From: the human T2T-CHM13v2.0 reference genome, Homo sapiens
Assembly: GCF_009914755.1 (NCBI RefSeq)
Contig: NC_060948.1
Length of the DNA: 64,000 nucleotides
Reading direction: 5' to 3' (one strand)
The notes under the pieces were generated by a model. It worked only from the letters and a program-made list of their open reading frames with translations. It was not told the DNA's origin and searched no databases. Shown in pieces: positions 39,434-53,649 of the stretch; within the stretch, counting starts at the first letter, position 1, and every line of letters begins with the position of its first letter. The position numbers and the translations under genes were made by a program.

Positions 39434-42400
39434 ATGGAATCAAATCAATGGAATCAAATCAAATGGAATGGAAAGGAATTGAATGGAGTAGATTGGATTG
39501 GATGGGATTGGAATGAAATGTACTGGAAAGGAATCGAATTTCTTGAAACGGAATGGAATGAATTGGAACGGAACGGACTCGAATGGAATGGAATGTCATG
39601 GAATGGCATCAAATGGAATGGCATCAAATGGAATGGAATCGAATGCAATGGAATGCTATGGAATGGAATGGAATGCATTGGAATGGAATGTCCTCTAATG
39701 GAATGGATTCGAGTGGAATGGAATCGAATATAATGGAGTCGAATGAAATGGAATTGAAAGGAATGGGATCGAATAGAATGGAATATACTGGAATGTAATG
39801 TAATGAACTCGAATGTAATTGACTGGAATGGAATGTACATGAATGGAAGGTAATCGAATGGAAAGTAATCCAATGGAATAGAATCTAATGCAATAAAACC
39901 GACTCAGATAGAGTAGAATGTAATGGAATGGAGTGCAGTGCAATGGAATGGAATGGAATTGAATGCAATGGAATGGAATGGAATGGAATGGAATGGAATG
40001 GAATGGAATGGAATGGAATGGAATGGGATGGAATGGTATGGAATGGATAGAAATGGACTGGAGTGAAATGGACTGGAAAGGAATGGACTCAAATTGAAAG
40101 GGCTCGAAAGGAATGGAGTCAAATGGAATGGTCTGGAATGGAATGAACACGAATGTAATGCAATCCAATAGAATGGAATCGAATGGCATGGAATATAAAG
40201 AAATGGATACGAAGAGAATGGAAACAAATGGAATGGAATTGAATGGAATGGAATTGAATGGAATGGGAAAGAATGGAGTGAAATTGTATGCAGTAGAAGG
40301 GAATAGAATGGAATGCAAGCGAAAGGAAAGGAATGGATTGGAATGGAATGGAATTCATTGGAATGGAAGGGAATTTAGTGTAATGGACAGGCCTGGAATA
40401 AAGTGGAATGCTACGGTCTCGAATGGAATAAAAATGTATGGAATGGAATGCAATGAAACGGAATCGAATGTCATAGAATGTAATGGAATGCAAAAAAATG
40501 GAATCCAAAATCATTGACTGGAAAGGCTGGGTGTCGAAAGGAATTGACTCCAATGGAATGGAATCGAATGGAATGGAAGTGAATAGAATCGAACTAAATC
40601 GAATGGAATGGAATTGATAGGAACGGAATGGAAAGGAATGCAATGATTTGGCATGGAATGGAATCGAATGGCATCGAATGGAATGGAATGGAATGCAATG
40701 GAATGGAATGTATTAGAATGTAATGAACTTTAATGGAATGTACTCGAATGGATTCGACTGGAATGGAATGTTCTGGAAGTGAATGGACTCCAATGGAATG
40801 GATTCAAAAGGAATGGAATCGTACGGAATGGAATCTAATGGAATGGAATTAAATGGAAATGAATCAAATTGAATAGCACGGAATTGAATTGAATGGAATG
40901 GAATGCAATGGAATCTAATGAAACGGAAAGGAAAGGAATGGAATGGAATGGAATGGGCTGGAATGGAAAGGAATCGAAACGAATGGAATGGAATCGAACT
41001 GAAGAGACTGGAATGGAATGCACTGGAATGGAAGGGAGTGTAATGGAAGGTTCTCGAAAAAAATGGAATCGAATGGAATGGAATTGAATGGAACGGAATA
41101 GAGTCGAATGGAATTGAATGGAATGGAATGGACTAGAGTGAAATGGAATCGAACCACAAGGAATGGAGAGGAATAGAATGGTCTCGAATTGAATGGAATC
41201 ATATGGAATGGCATCAAACGGAATGGAATGGACAGCCACGGAATGGAATGCACTCGAATGCAATGGAGTCGAAACTAATGGACTGGAATAGAATGGACTC
41301 GACTGGTACGGACTCCAATGGAATGGAATCGAATGGAAGGGAATCGAACGGAATGGACTCGAAGGGAAAAGACTGCAATGGAAAGGTCTCGAATGGAATG
41401 GAAATTAATGGAATGGAATGGAATCGAATGAAATGTAGTCAAAAGGAATGGAATCGAATGGCAAGAAATCGAATGTAATGGAATCGCAAGGAATTGATGT
41501 GAACGGAACGGAATGGAATGGAATCCAAAGGAATGGAATAGAATGGAATGGAATCGAATGGAAAGGACTCGAATGGAAATCACTCGAATAGAATGCAATT
41601 TAATAAAATAGGATCAAATATAATGGAATGGAATGGAAAGGAATCGAAACGAAAGGAATGGAGACAGATGGAATGGAATAGAACAGAGAGCAATGGTATA
41701 GAATGGAATGGAATCATCTGGAATGGAATTGAATGGAATGGAATAATATGAAATGGAATGGAATGGAATGGAATGGAATGCCCTTGAATTAAATGGACTG
41801 GAATGGAATGGACTCGAACAGAGTGGAATGGAAAGTGTTGAGATAGAATGGAATGGACTCCTTTGGAATGGTGTAGTATGCAATGCAATCGACTGGCAGG
41901 GAATCAAAAGGAATGTAATCGAATGGATTGGACTGGAATGCAATGGACTCGAATAGATTGGAAACGGGATGCAAAGGAATGGAATGGAATAGTATGGAAT
42001 GGAATGGAAAGGAATGGAGTGGAATAGACTAGAGTGGAATGGAATGGACTGGAAAGCAATGGACTGGAATGGAACTTTCTTGAATGGACTGGAATCAAAC
42101 GGAATGGAATGCAATGCAATCAAATGGCATGGAATAAAATAGAATGAAAGAGAATCAAATGGAATTGAATCGAATGGAATCGAATGGATTGGAAAGGAAT
42201 AGAATGGAATGGAATGGAATTGACTCAAATGGAATGGACTAGAATGGAATGGATTCGAATGGAAGGCAAAGGAATGGAATCTATTGGAATGGACTGTAAT
42301 GGAATGGAATGGAAGGGATTGGAATGGACTCGAATGGAATGGACTGCAATAGAAAGGATTCGAATGGAATGAAAAAGAATTGAATGGAATAGAACAGAAT

Positions 42401-43012
42401 GGAATCAAATCGAATGAAATGGAATGGAATAGAAAGGAATGGAATGAAATGGAATGGAAAGGATTCGAATGGAATGCAATCGAATGGAATGGAATCGAAC
42501 GGAATGGAATAAAATGGAAGAAAACTGGCAAGAAATGGAATCGAAATGAATGGAGTGTTATGGAACGGACTCAAAAGGAATTGAATGTAATAGAATGGAG
42601 TGGAGTGGACTCGAATATAATGGACTGGAATGGAATGAAATCACATGGAATGGGAACGAATGGAATGGAATGGAAAGGAATGGAATCGAATGGAAAGGAA
42701 TCGAATGGAAGGGAATGAAATTGAATCAACAGGAATGGAAGGGAATAGAATAGACGGTAATGGAATGGACTCGAATAGAATGGACACGAATGCTCAAATT
42801 GAATGGACTCGAATGGAATGGAAACGAAAGGAATGTCATCGAATGGAATTGAATCGATTGGAATGAAATCGCACAGAATGGAGTGGAATCAAATGGAATT
42901 GAATCGAAAGGAAAGGAAGCGAATGGACTGAAATGAAATGGAATGGAATTGAATGGAAAGTAATGCAATGGAATAGAATGGAACTAAATTTCACGGAATG
43001 GAATCAAACTGA
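39434..43012 (+). repeat. DYZ1 unit U12 (3579 bp), mosaic
   Basis: Anchor spacing 39434->43013. Confidence 0.93.
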
Positions 43013-46000
43013 ATGGAATCAAATCAATGGAATCAAATCAAATGGAATGGAAAGGAATTGAATGGAGTAGATTGGATTGGATGGGATTGGAATGAAATGT
43101 ACTGGAAAGGACTCGAATTTCATGAAACGGAATGGAATGAATTGGAACGGAATGGACTCGAATGGAATGGAATGTCATGGAATGGCATCAAATGGAATGG
43201 CATCAAATGGAATGGAATCGAATGCAATGGAATGCTATGGAATGGAATGGAATGCATTGGAATGGAATGTCCTCTAATGGAATGGATTCGAGTGGAATGG
43301 AATCGAATATAATGGAGTCGAATGAAATGGAATTGAAAGGAATGGGATCGAATACAATGGAATATACTGGAATGTAATGTAATGAACTCGAATGTAATTG
43401 ACTGGAATGGAATGTACATGAATGGAATGTAATCGAATGGAAAGTAATCCAATGGAATAGAATCTAATGCAATAAAATCGACTCAGATAGAGTAGAATGT
43501 AATGGAATGGAGTGCAGTGCAATGGAATGGAATGGAATGGAATGCAATTGAATGGAATGGAATGGAATGGAATGGAATGGAATGGGATGGAATGGTATGG
43601 AATGGATAGTAATGGACTGGAGTGAAATGGACTGGAAAGGAATGGACTCAAATTGAAAGGGCTCGAAAGGAATGGAGTCAAATGGAATGGTCTGGAATGG
43701 AATGAACACGAATGTATTGCAATCCAATAGAATGGAATCGAATGGCATGGAATATAAAGAAATGGAATCGGAGAGAATGGAAACAAATGGAATAGAATTG
43801 AATGGAATGGAATTGAATGGAATGGGAACGAATGGAGTGAAATTGTATGCAGTAGAAGGGAATAGAATGGAATGCAAGCGAAAGGAAAGGAATGGATTGG
43901 AATGGAATGGAATTCATTGGAATGGAAGGGAATGTAGTGTAATGGACAGGCCTGGAATAAAGTGGAATGCTACGGTCTCGAATGGAATAAAAATGTATGG
44001 AATGGAATGCAATGAAATGGAATCGAATGTCATAGAATGTAATGGAATGCAACAAAATGGAATCCAAAATCATTGACTGGAAAGGCTGGGTGTCGAAAGG
44101 AATTGACTCCAATGGAATGGAATCGAATGGAATGGAAGTGAATAGAATCGAACTAAATCGAATGGAATGGAATTGATAGGAACGGAATGGAAAGGAATGC
44201 AATGATTTGGCATGGAATGGAATCGAATGGCATCGAATGGAATGGAATGGAATGCAATGGAATGGAATGTATTAGAATGTAATGAACTTTAATGGAATGT
44301 ACTCGAATGGATTCGACTGGAATGGAATGTTCTGGAAGTGAATGGACTCCAATGGAATGGATTCAAAAGGAATGGAATCGTACGGAATGGAATCTAATGG
44401 AATGGAATTAAATGGAAATGAATCAAATTGAATAGCACGGAATTGAATTGAATGGAATGGAATGCAATGGAATCTAATGAAACGGAAAGGAAAGGAATGG
44501 AATGGAATGGAATGGGCTGGAATGGAAAGGAATCGAAACGAATGGAATGGAATCGAACTGAAGAGACTGGAATGGAATGCACTGGAATGGAAGGGAGTGT
44601 AATGGAAGGTTCTCGAAAAAAATGGAATCGAATGGAATGGAATTGAATGGAACGGAATAGAGTCGAATGGAATTGAATGGAATGGAATGGACTAGAGTGA
44701 AATGGAATCGAACCACAAGGAATGGAGAGGAATAGAATGGTCTCGAATTGAATGGAATCATATGGAATGGCATCAAACGGAATGGAATGGACAGCCACGG
44801 AATGGAATGCACTCGAATGCAATGGAGTCGAAACTAATGGACTGGAATAGAATGGACTCGACTGGTACGGACTCCAATGGAATGGAATCGAATGGAAGGG
44901 AATCGAACGGAATGGACTCGAAGGGAAAAGACTGCAATGGAAAGGTCTCGAATGGAATGGAAATTAATGGAATGGAATGGAATCGAATGAAATGGAGTCA
45001 AAAGGAATGGAATCGAATGGCAAGAAATCGAATGTAATGGAATCGCAAGGAATTGATGTGAACGGAACGGAATGGAATGGAATCCAAAGGAATGGAATAG
45101 AATGGAATGGAATCGAATGGAAAGGACTCGAATGGAAATCACTCGAATAGAATGCAATTTAATAAAATAGGATCAAATGTAATGGAATGGAATGGAAAGG
45201 AATCGAAACGAAAGGAATGGAGACAGATGGAATGGAATGGAACAGAGAGCAATGGTATAGAATGGAATGGAATCATCTGGAATGGAATTGAATGGAATGG
45301 AATAATATGAAATGGAATGGAATGGAATGGAATGGAATGCCCTTGAATTAAATGGACTGGAATGGAATGGACTCGAACAGAGTGGAATGGAAAGTGTTGA
45401 GATAGAATGGAATGGACTCCTTTGGAATGGTGTAGTATGCAATGCAATCGACTGGCAGGGAATCAAAAGGAATGTAATCGAATGGATTGGACTGGAATGC
45501 AATGGACTCGAATAGATTGGAAACGGAATGCAAAGGAATGGAATGGAATAGTATGGAATGGAATGGAAAGGAATGGAGTGGAATAGACTAGAGTGGAATG
45601 GAATGGACTGGAAAGCAATGGACTGGAATGGAACTTTCTTGAATGGACTGGAATCAAACGGAATGGAATGCAATGCAATCAAATGGCATGGAATAAAATA
45701 GAATGAAAGAGAATCAAATGGAATTGAATCGAATGGAATCGAATGGATTGGAAAGGAATAGAATGGAATGGAATGGAATTGACTCAAATGGAATGGACTA
45801 GAATGGAATGGATTCGAATGGAAGGCAAAGGAATGGAATCTATTGGAATGGACTGTAATGGAATGGAATGGAAGGGATTGGAATGGGCTCGAATGGAATG
45901 GACTGCAATAGAAAGGATTCGAATGGAATGAAAAAGAATTGAATGGAATAGAACAGAATGGAATCAAATCGAATGAAATGGAATGGAATAGAAAGGAATG

Positions 46001-46571
46001 GAATGAAATGGAATGGAAAGGATTCGAATGGAATGCAATCGAATGGAATGGAATCGAACGGAATGGAATAAAATGGAAGAAAACTGGCAAGAAATGGAAT
46101 CGAAATGAATGGAGTGTTATGGAACGGAGTCAAAAGGAATTGAATGTAATAGAATGGAGTGGAGTGGACTCGAATATAATGGACTGGAATGGAATGAAAT
46201 CACATGGAATGGGAACGAATGGAATGGAATGGAAAGGAATGGAATCGAATGGAAAGGAATCGAATGGAAGGGAATGCAATTGAATCAACAGGAATGGAAG
46301 GGAATAGAATAGACGGTAATGGAATGGACTCGAATAGAATGGACAGGAATGCTCAAATTGAATGGACTCGAATGGAATGGAAACGAAAGGAATGTCATCG
46401 AATGGAATTGAATCGATTGGAATGAAATCATATAGAATGGAGTGGAATCAAATGGAATTGAATCGAAAGGAAAGGAAACAAATGGACTGAAATGAAATGG
46501 AATGGAATTGAATGGAAAGTTATGTAATGGAATAGAGTGGAACGAAATTTCACGGAATGGATTCAAACTGA
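43013..46571 (+). repeat. DYZ1 unit U13 (3559 bp)
   Basis: Anchor spacing 43013->46572. Confidence 0.93.
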
Positions 46572-49500
46572 ATGGAATCAAATCAATGGAATCAAATCAA
46601 ATGGAATGGAAAGGAATTGAATGGAGTAGTTTGGATTGGATGGGATTGGAATGAAATGTACTGGAAAGGACTCGAATTTCATGAAACGGATTGGAATGAA
46701 TTGGAACGGAACGGACTCGAATGGAATGGAATGTCATGGAATGGCATCAAATGGAATGGCATCAAATGGAATGGAATCGAATGCAATGGAATGCTATGGA
46801 ATGGAATGGAATGCATTGGAATGGAATGTCCTCTAATGGAATGGATTCGAGTGGAATGGAATCGAATATAATGGAGTCGAATGAAATGGAACTGAAAGGA
46901 ATGGGATCGAATACAATGGAATATACTGGAATGTAATGTAATGAACTCGAATGTAATTGACTGGAATGGAATGTACATGAATGGAATGTAATCGAATGGA
47001 AAGTAATCCAATGGAATAGAATCTGATGCAATAAAATCGACTCAGATAGAGTAGAATGTAATGGAATGGAGTGCAGTGCAATGGAATGGAATGGAATGCA
47101 ATGGAATGGAATGGAATGGAATGGAATGGAATGGAATGGAATGGTGTGGAATGGATAGTAATGGACTGGAGTGAAATGGACTGGAAAGGAATGGACTCAA
47201 ATTGAAAGGGCTCGAAAGGAATGGAGTCAAATGGAATGGTCTGGAATGGAATGAACACGAATGTAATGCAATCCAATAGAATGGAATCGAATGGCATGGA
47301 ATATAAAGAAATGGAATCGAAGAGAATGGAAACAAATGGAATGGAATTGAGTGGAATCGAATTGAATGGAATGGGAACGAATGGAGTGAAATTGTATGCA
47401 GTAGAAGAGAATAGAATGGAATGCAAGCGAAAGGAAAGGAATGGATTGGAATGGAATGGAATTCATTGGAATGGAAGGGAATGTAGTGTAATGGACAGGC
47501 CTGGAATAAAGTGGAATGCTACGGTCTCGAATGGAATAAAAATGTATGGAATGGAATGCAATGAAACGGAATAGAATGTCATAGAATGTAATGGAATGCA
47601 ACAAAATGGAATCCAAAATCATTGACTGGAAAGGCTGGGTGTCGAAAGGAATTGACTCCAATGGAATGGAATCGAATGGAATGGAAGTGAATAGAATCGA
47701 ACTAAATCGAATGGAATGGAATTGATAGGAACGGAATGGAAAGGAATGCAATGATTTGGCATGGAATGGAATCGAATGGCATCGAATGGAATGGAATGGA
47801 ATGCAATGGAATGGAATGTATTAGAATGTAATGAACTTTAATGGAATGTACTCGAATGGATTCGACTGGAATGGAATGTTCTGGAAGTGAATGGACTCCA
47901 ATGGAATGGATTCAAAAGGAATGGAATCGTACGGAATGGAATCTAATGGAATGGAATTAAATGGAAATGAATCAAATTGAATAGCACGGAATTGAATTGA
48001 ATGGAATGGAATGCAATGGAATCTAATGAAACGGAAAGGAAAGGAATGGAATGGAATGGAATGGGCTGGAATGGAAAGGAATCGAAACGAATGGAATGGA
48101 ATCGAACTGAAGAGACTGGAATGGAATGCACTGGAATGGAAGGGAGTGTAATGGAAGGTTCTCGAAAAAAATGGAATCGAATGGAATGGAATTGAATGGA
48201 ACGGAATAGAGTCGAATGGAATTGAATGGAATGGAATGGACTAGAGTGAAATGGAATCGAACCACAAGGAATGGAGAGGAATAGAATGGTCTCGAATTGA
48301 ATGGAATCATATGGAATGGCATCAAACGGAATGGAATGGACAGCCACGGAATGGAATGCACTCGAATGCAATGGAGTCGAAACTAATGGACTGGAATAGA
48401 ATGGACTCGACTGGTACGGACTCCAATGGAATGGAATCGAATGGAAGGGAATCGAACGGAATGGACTCGAAGGGAAAAGACTGCAATGGAAAGGTCTCGA
48501 ATGGAATGGAAATTAATGGAATGGAATGGAATCGAATGAAATGGAGTCAAAAGGAATGGAATCGAATGGCAAGAAATCGAATGTAATGGAATCGCAAGGA
48601 ATTGATGTGAACGGAACGGAATGGAATGGAATCCAAAGGAATGGAATAGAATGGAATGGAATCGAATGGAAAGGACTCGAATGGAAATCACTCGAATAGA
48701 ATGCAATTTAATAAAATAGGATCAAATGTAATGGAATGGAATGGAAAGGAATCGAAACGAAAGGAATGGAGACAGATGGAATGGAATGGAACAGAGAGCA
48801 ATGGTATAGAATGGAATGGAATCATCTGGAATGGAATTGAATGGAATGGAATAATATGAAATGGAATGGAATGGAATGGAATGGAATGCCCTTGAATTAA
48901 ATGGACTGGAATGGAATGGACTCGAACAGAGTGGAATGGAAAGTGTTGAGATAGAATGGAATGGACTCCTTTGGAATGGTGTAGTATGCAATGCAATCGA
49001 CTGGCAGGGAATCAAAAGGAATGTAATGGAATGGATTGGACTGGAATGCAATGGACTCGAATAGATTGGAAACGGAATGCAAAGGAATGGAATGGAATAG
49101 TATGGAATGGAATGGAAAGGAATGGAGTGGAATAGACTAGAGTGGAATGGAATGGACTGGAAAGCAATGGACTGGAATGGAACTTTCTTGAATGGACTGG
49201 AATCAAACGGAATGGAATGCAATGCAATCAAATGGCATGGAATAAAATAGAATGAAAGAGAATCAAATGGAATTGAATCGAATGGAATCGAATGGATTGG
49301 AAAGGAATAGAATGGAATGGAATGGAATTGACTCAAATGGAATGGACTAGAATGGAATGGATTCGAATGGAAGGCAAAGGAATGGAATCTATTGGAATGG
49401 ACTGTAATGGAATGGAATGGAAGGGATTGGAATGGGCTCGAATGGAATGGACTGCAATAGAAAGAATTCGAATGGAATGAAAAAGAATTGAATGGAATAG

Positions 49501-51270
49501 AACAGAATGGAATCAAATCGAATGAAATGGAATGGAATAGAAAGGAATGGAATGAAATGGAATGGAAAGGATTCGAATGGAATGCAATCGAATGGAATGG
49601 AATCGAACGGAATGGAATAAAATGGAAGAAAACTGGCAAGAAATGGAATCGAAATGAATGGAGTGTTATGGAACGGAGTCAAAAGGAATTGAATGTAATA
49701 GAATGGAGTGGAGTGGACTCGAATATAATGGACTGGAATGGAATGAAATCACATGGAATGGGAACGAATGGAATGGAATGGAAAGGAATGGAATCGAATG
49801 GAAAGGAATCGAATGGAAGGGAATGCAATTGAATCAACAGGAATGGAAGGGAATAGAATAGACGGTAATGGAATGGACTCGAATAGAATGGACAGGAATG
49901 CTCAAATTGAATGGAAACGAAAGGAATGTCATCGAATGGAATTGAATCGATTGGAATGAAATCATATAGAATGGAGTGGAATCAAATGGAATTGAATCGA
50001 AAGGAAAGGAAACAAATGGACTGAAATGAAATGGAATGGAATTGAATGGAAAGTTATGTAATGGAATAGAGTGGAACGAAATTTCACGGAATGGATTCAA
50101 ACTGAATGGAATCAAATCAATGGAATCAAATCAAATGGAATGGAAAGGAATTGAATGGAGTAGTTTGGATTGGATGGGATTGGAATGAAATGTACTGGAA
50201 AGGACTCGAATTTCATGAAACGGAATGGAATGAATTGGAACGGAACGGACTCGAATGGAATGGAATGTCATGGAATGGCATCAAATGGAATGGCATCAAA
50301 TGGAATGGAATCGAATGCAATGGAATGCTATGGAATGGAATGGAATGCATTGGAATGGAATGTCCTCTAATGGAATGGATTCGAGTGGAATGGAATCGAA
50401 TATAATGGAGTCGAATGAAATGGAACTGAAAGGAATGGGATCGAATACAATGGAATATACTGGAATGTAATGTAATGAACTCGAATGTAATTGACTGGAA
50501 TGGAATGTACATGAATGGAATGTAATCGAATGGAAAGTAATCCAATGGAATAGAATCTAATGCAATAAAATCGACTCAGATAGAGTAGAATGTAATGGAA
50601 TGGAGTGCAGTGCAATGGAATGGAATGGAATGCAATGGAATGGAATGGAATGGAATGGAATGGAATGGAATGGTGTGGAATGGATAGTAATGGACTGGAG
50701 TGAAATGGACTGGAAAGGAATGGACTCAAATTGAAAGGGCTCGAAAGGAATGGAGTCAAATGGAATGGTCTGGAATGGAATGAACACGAATGTAATGCAA
50801 TCCAATAGAATGGAATCGAATGGCATGGAATATAAAGAAATGGAATCGAAGAGAATGGAAACAAATGGAATGGAATTGAGTGGAATCGAATTGAATGGAA
50901 TGGGAACGAATGGAGTGAAATTGTATGCAGTAGAAGAGAATAGAATGGAATGCAAGCGAAAGGAAAGGAATGGATTGGAATGGAATGGAATTCATTGGAA
51001 TGGAAGGGAATGTAGTGTAATGGACAGGCCTGGAATAAAGTGGAATGCTACGGTCTCGAATGGAATAAAAATGTATGGAATGGAATGCAATGAAACGGAA
51101 TCGAATGTCATAGAATGTAATGGAATGCAACAAAATGGAATCCAAAATCATTGACTGGAAAGGCTGGGTGTCGAAAGGAATTGACTCCAATGGAATGGAA
51201 TCGAATGGAATGGAAGTGAATAGAATCGAACTAAATCGAATGGAATGGAATTGATAGGAACGGAATGGAA
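44200..51270 (+). repeat. Tandem duplication of one unit (3549 bp + 3529 bp copies)
   Basis: Private variants (aatagagtgg, ggattcaaactg, gtagtttgg, ggaactgaaagg, ggtgtggaa, gagtggaatcgaattg, gaagagaatag) occur only in these two consecutive copies. Boundaries approximate. Confidence 0.8.
46572..50105 (+). repeat. DYZ1 unit U14 (3534 bp), junction chimera with 15-bp deletion
   Basis: Anchor spacing 46572->50106. Deletion at ~49910. Extra EcoRI site at 49464-49469. Confidence 0.93.
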
Positions 51271-53649
51271 AGGAATGCAATGATTTGGCATGGAATGGAA
51301 TCGAATGGCATCGAATGGAATGGAATGGAATGCAATGGAATGGAATGTATTAGAATGTAATGAACTTTAATGGAATGTACTCGAATGGATTCGACTGGAA
51401 TGGAATGTTCTGGAAGTGAATGGACTCCAATGGAATGGATTCCAAAGGAATGGAATCGTACGGAATGGAATCTAATGGAATGGAATTAAATGGAAATGAA
51501 TCAAATTGAATAGCACGGAATTGAATTGAATGAAATGGAATGCAATGGAATCTAATGAAACGGAAAGGAAAGGAATGGAATGGAATGGAATGGGCTGGAA
51601 TGGAAAGGAATCGAAACGAATGGAATGGAATCGAACTGAAGAGACTGGAATGGAATGCACTGGAATGGAAGGAAGTGTAATGGAAGGTTCTCGAAAAAAA
51701 TGGAATCGAATGGAATGGAATTGAATGGAACGGAATAGAGTCGAATGAAATTGAATGGAATGGAATGGACTAGAGTGAAATGGAATCGAACCACAAGGAA
51801 TGGACAGGAATAGAATGGTCTCGAATTGAATGGAATCGTATGGAATGGCATCAAACGGAATGGAATGGACAGCCACGGAATGGAATGCACTCGAATGCAA
51901 TGGAGTCGAAACTAATGGACTGGAATAGAATGGACTCGACTGGTACGGACTCCAATGGAATGGAATCGAATGGAAGGGAATTGAACGGAATGGACTCGAA
52001 GGGAAAAGACTGCAATGGAAAGGTCTCGAATGGAATGGAAATTAATGGAATGGAATGGAATCGAATGAAATGGAGTCAAAAGGAATGGAATCGAATGGCA
52101 AGAAATCGAATGTAATGGAATCGCAAGGAATTGATGTGAACGGAACGGAATGGAATGGAATCCAAAGGAATGGAATAGAATGGAATGGAATCGAATGGAA
52201 AGGACTCGAATGGAAATCACTCGAATAGAATGCAATTTAATAAAATAGGATCAAATGGAATGGAATGGAATGGAAAGGAATCGAAACGAAAGGAATGGAG
52301 ACAGATGGAATGGAATGGAACAGAGAGCAATGCTATAGAATGGAATGGAATCATCTGGAATGGAATTGAATGGAATGGAATAATGTGAAATGGAATGGAA
52401 TGGAATGGAATGGAATGCCCTTGAATTAAATGGACTGGAATGGAATGGACTCGAACAGAGTGGAATGGAAAGTGTTGAGATAGAATGGAATGGACTCCTT
52501 TGGAATGGTCTAGTATGCAATGCAATCGACTGGTAGGGAATCAAAAGGAATGAAATCGAATGGATTGGACTGGAATGCAATGGACTCGAATAGATTGGAA
52601 ACGGAATGCAAAGGAATGGAATGGAATAGTATGGAATGGAATGGAAAGGAATGGAGTGGAATAGACTAGAGTGGAATGGAATGGACTGGAAAGCAATGGA
52701 CTGGAATGGAACTTTCTTGAATGGACTGGAATCAAACGGAATGGAATGCAATGCAATCAAATGGCATGGAATAAAATAGAATGAAAGAGAATCAAATGGA
52801 ATTGAATCGAATGGAATCGAATGGATTGGAAAGGAATAGAATGGAATGGAATGGAATTGACTCAAATGGAATGGACTAGAATGGAATGGATTCGAATGGA
52901 AGGCAAAGGAATGGAATCTATTGGAATGGACTGTAATGGAATGGAATGGAAGGGATTGGAATGGACTCGAATGGAATGGACTGCAATAGAAAGGATTCCA
53001 ATGGAATGAAAAAGAATTGAATGGAATAGAACAGAATGGAATCAAATCGAATGAAATGGAATGGAATAGAAAGGAATGGAATGAAATGGAATGGAAAGGA
53101 TTCGAATGGAATGCAATCGAATGGAATGGAATCGAACGGAATGGAATAAAATGGAAGAAAACTGGCAAGAAATGGAATCGAAATGAATGGAGTGTTATGG
53201 AACGGACTCAAAAGGAATTGAATGTAATAGAATGGAGTGGAGTGGACTCGAATATAATGGACTGGAATGGAATGAAATCACATGGAATGGGAACGAATGG
53301 AATGGAATGGAAAGGAATGGAATCGAATGGAAAGGAATCGAATGGAAGGGAATGAAATTGAATCAACAGGAATGGAAGGGAATAGAATAGACGGTAATGG
53401 AATGGACTCGAATAGAATGGACACGAATGCTCAAATTGAATGGACTCGAATGGAATGGAAACGAAAGGAATGTCATCGAATGGAATTGAATGGATTGGAA
53501 TGAAATCGCATAGAATGGAGTGGAATCAAATGGAATTGAATCGAAAGGAAAGGAAGCGAATGGACTGAAATGAAATGGAATGGAATTGAATGGAAAGTAA
53601 TGCAATGGAATAGAATGGAACGAAATTTCACGGAATGGAATCAAACTGA
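50106..53649 (+). repeat. DYZ1 unit U15 (3544 bp)
   Basis: Anchor spacing 50106->53650. Shortest variable-tract region. Confidence 0.93.
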
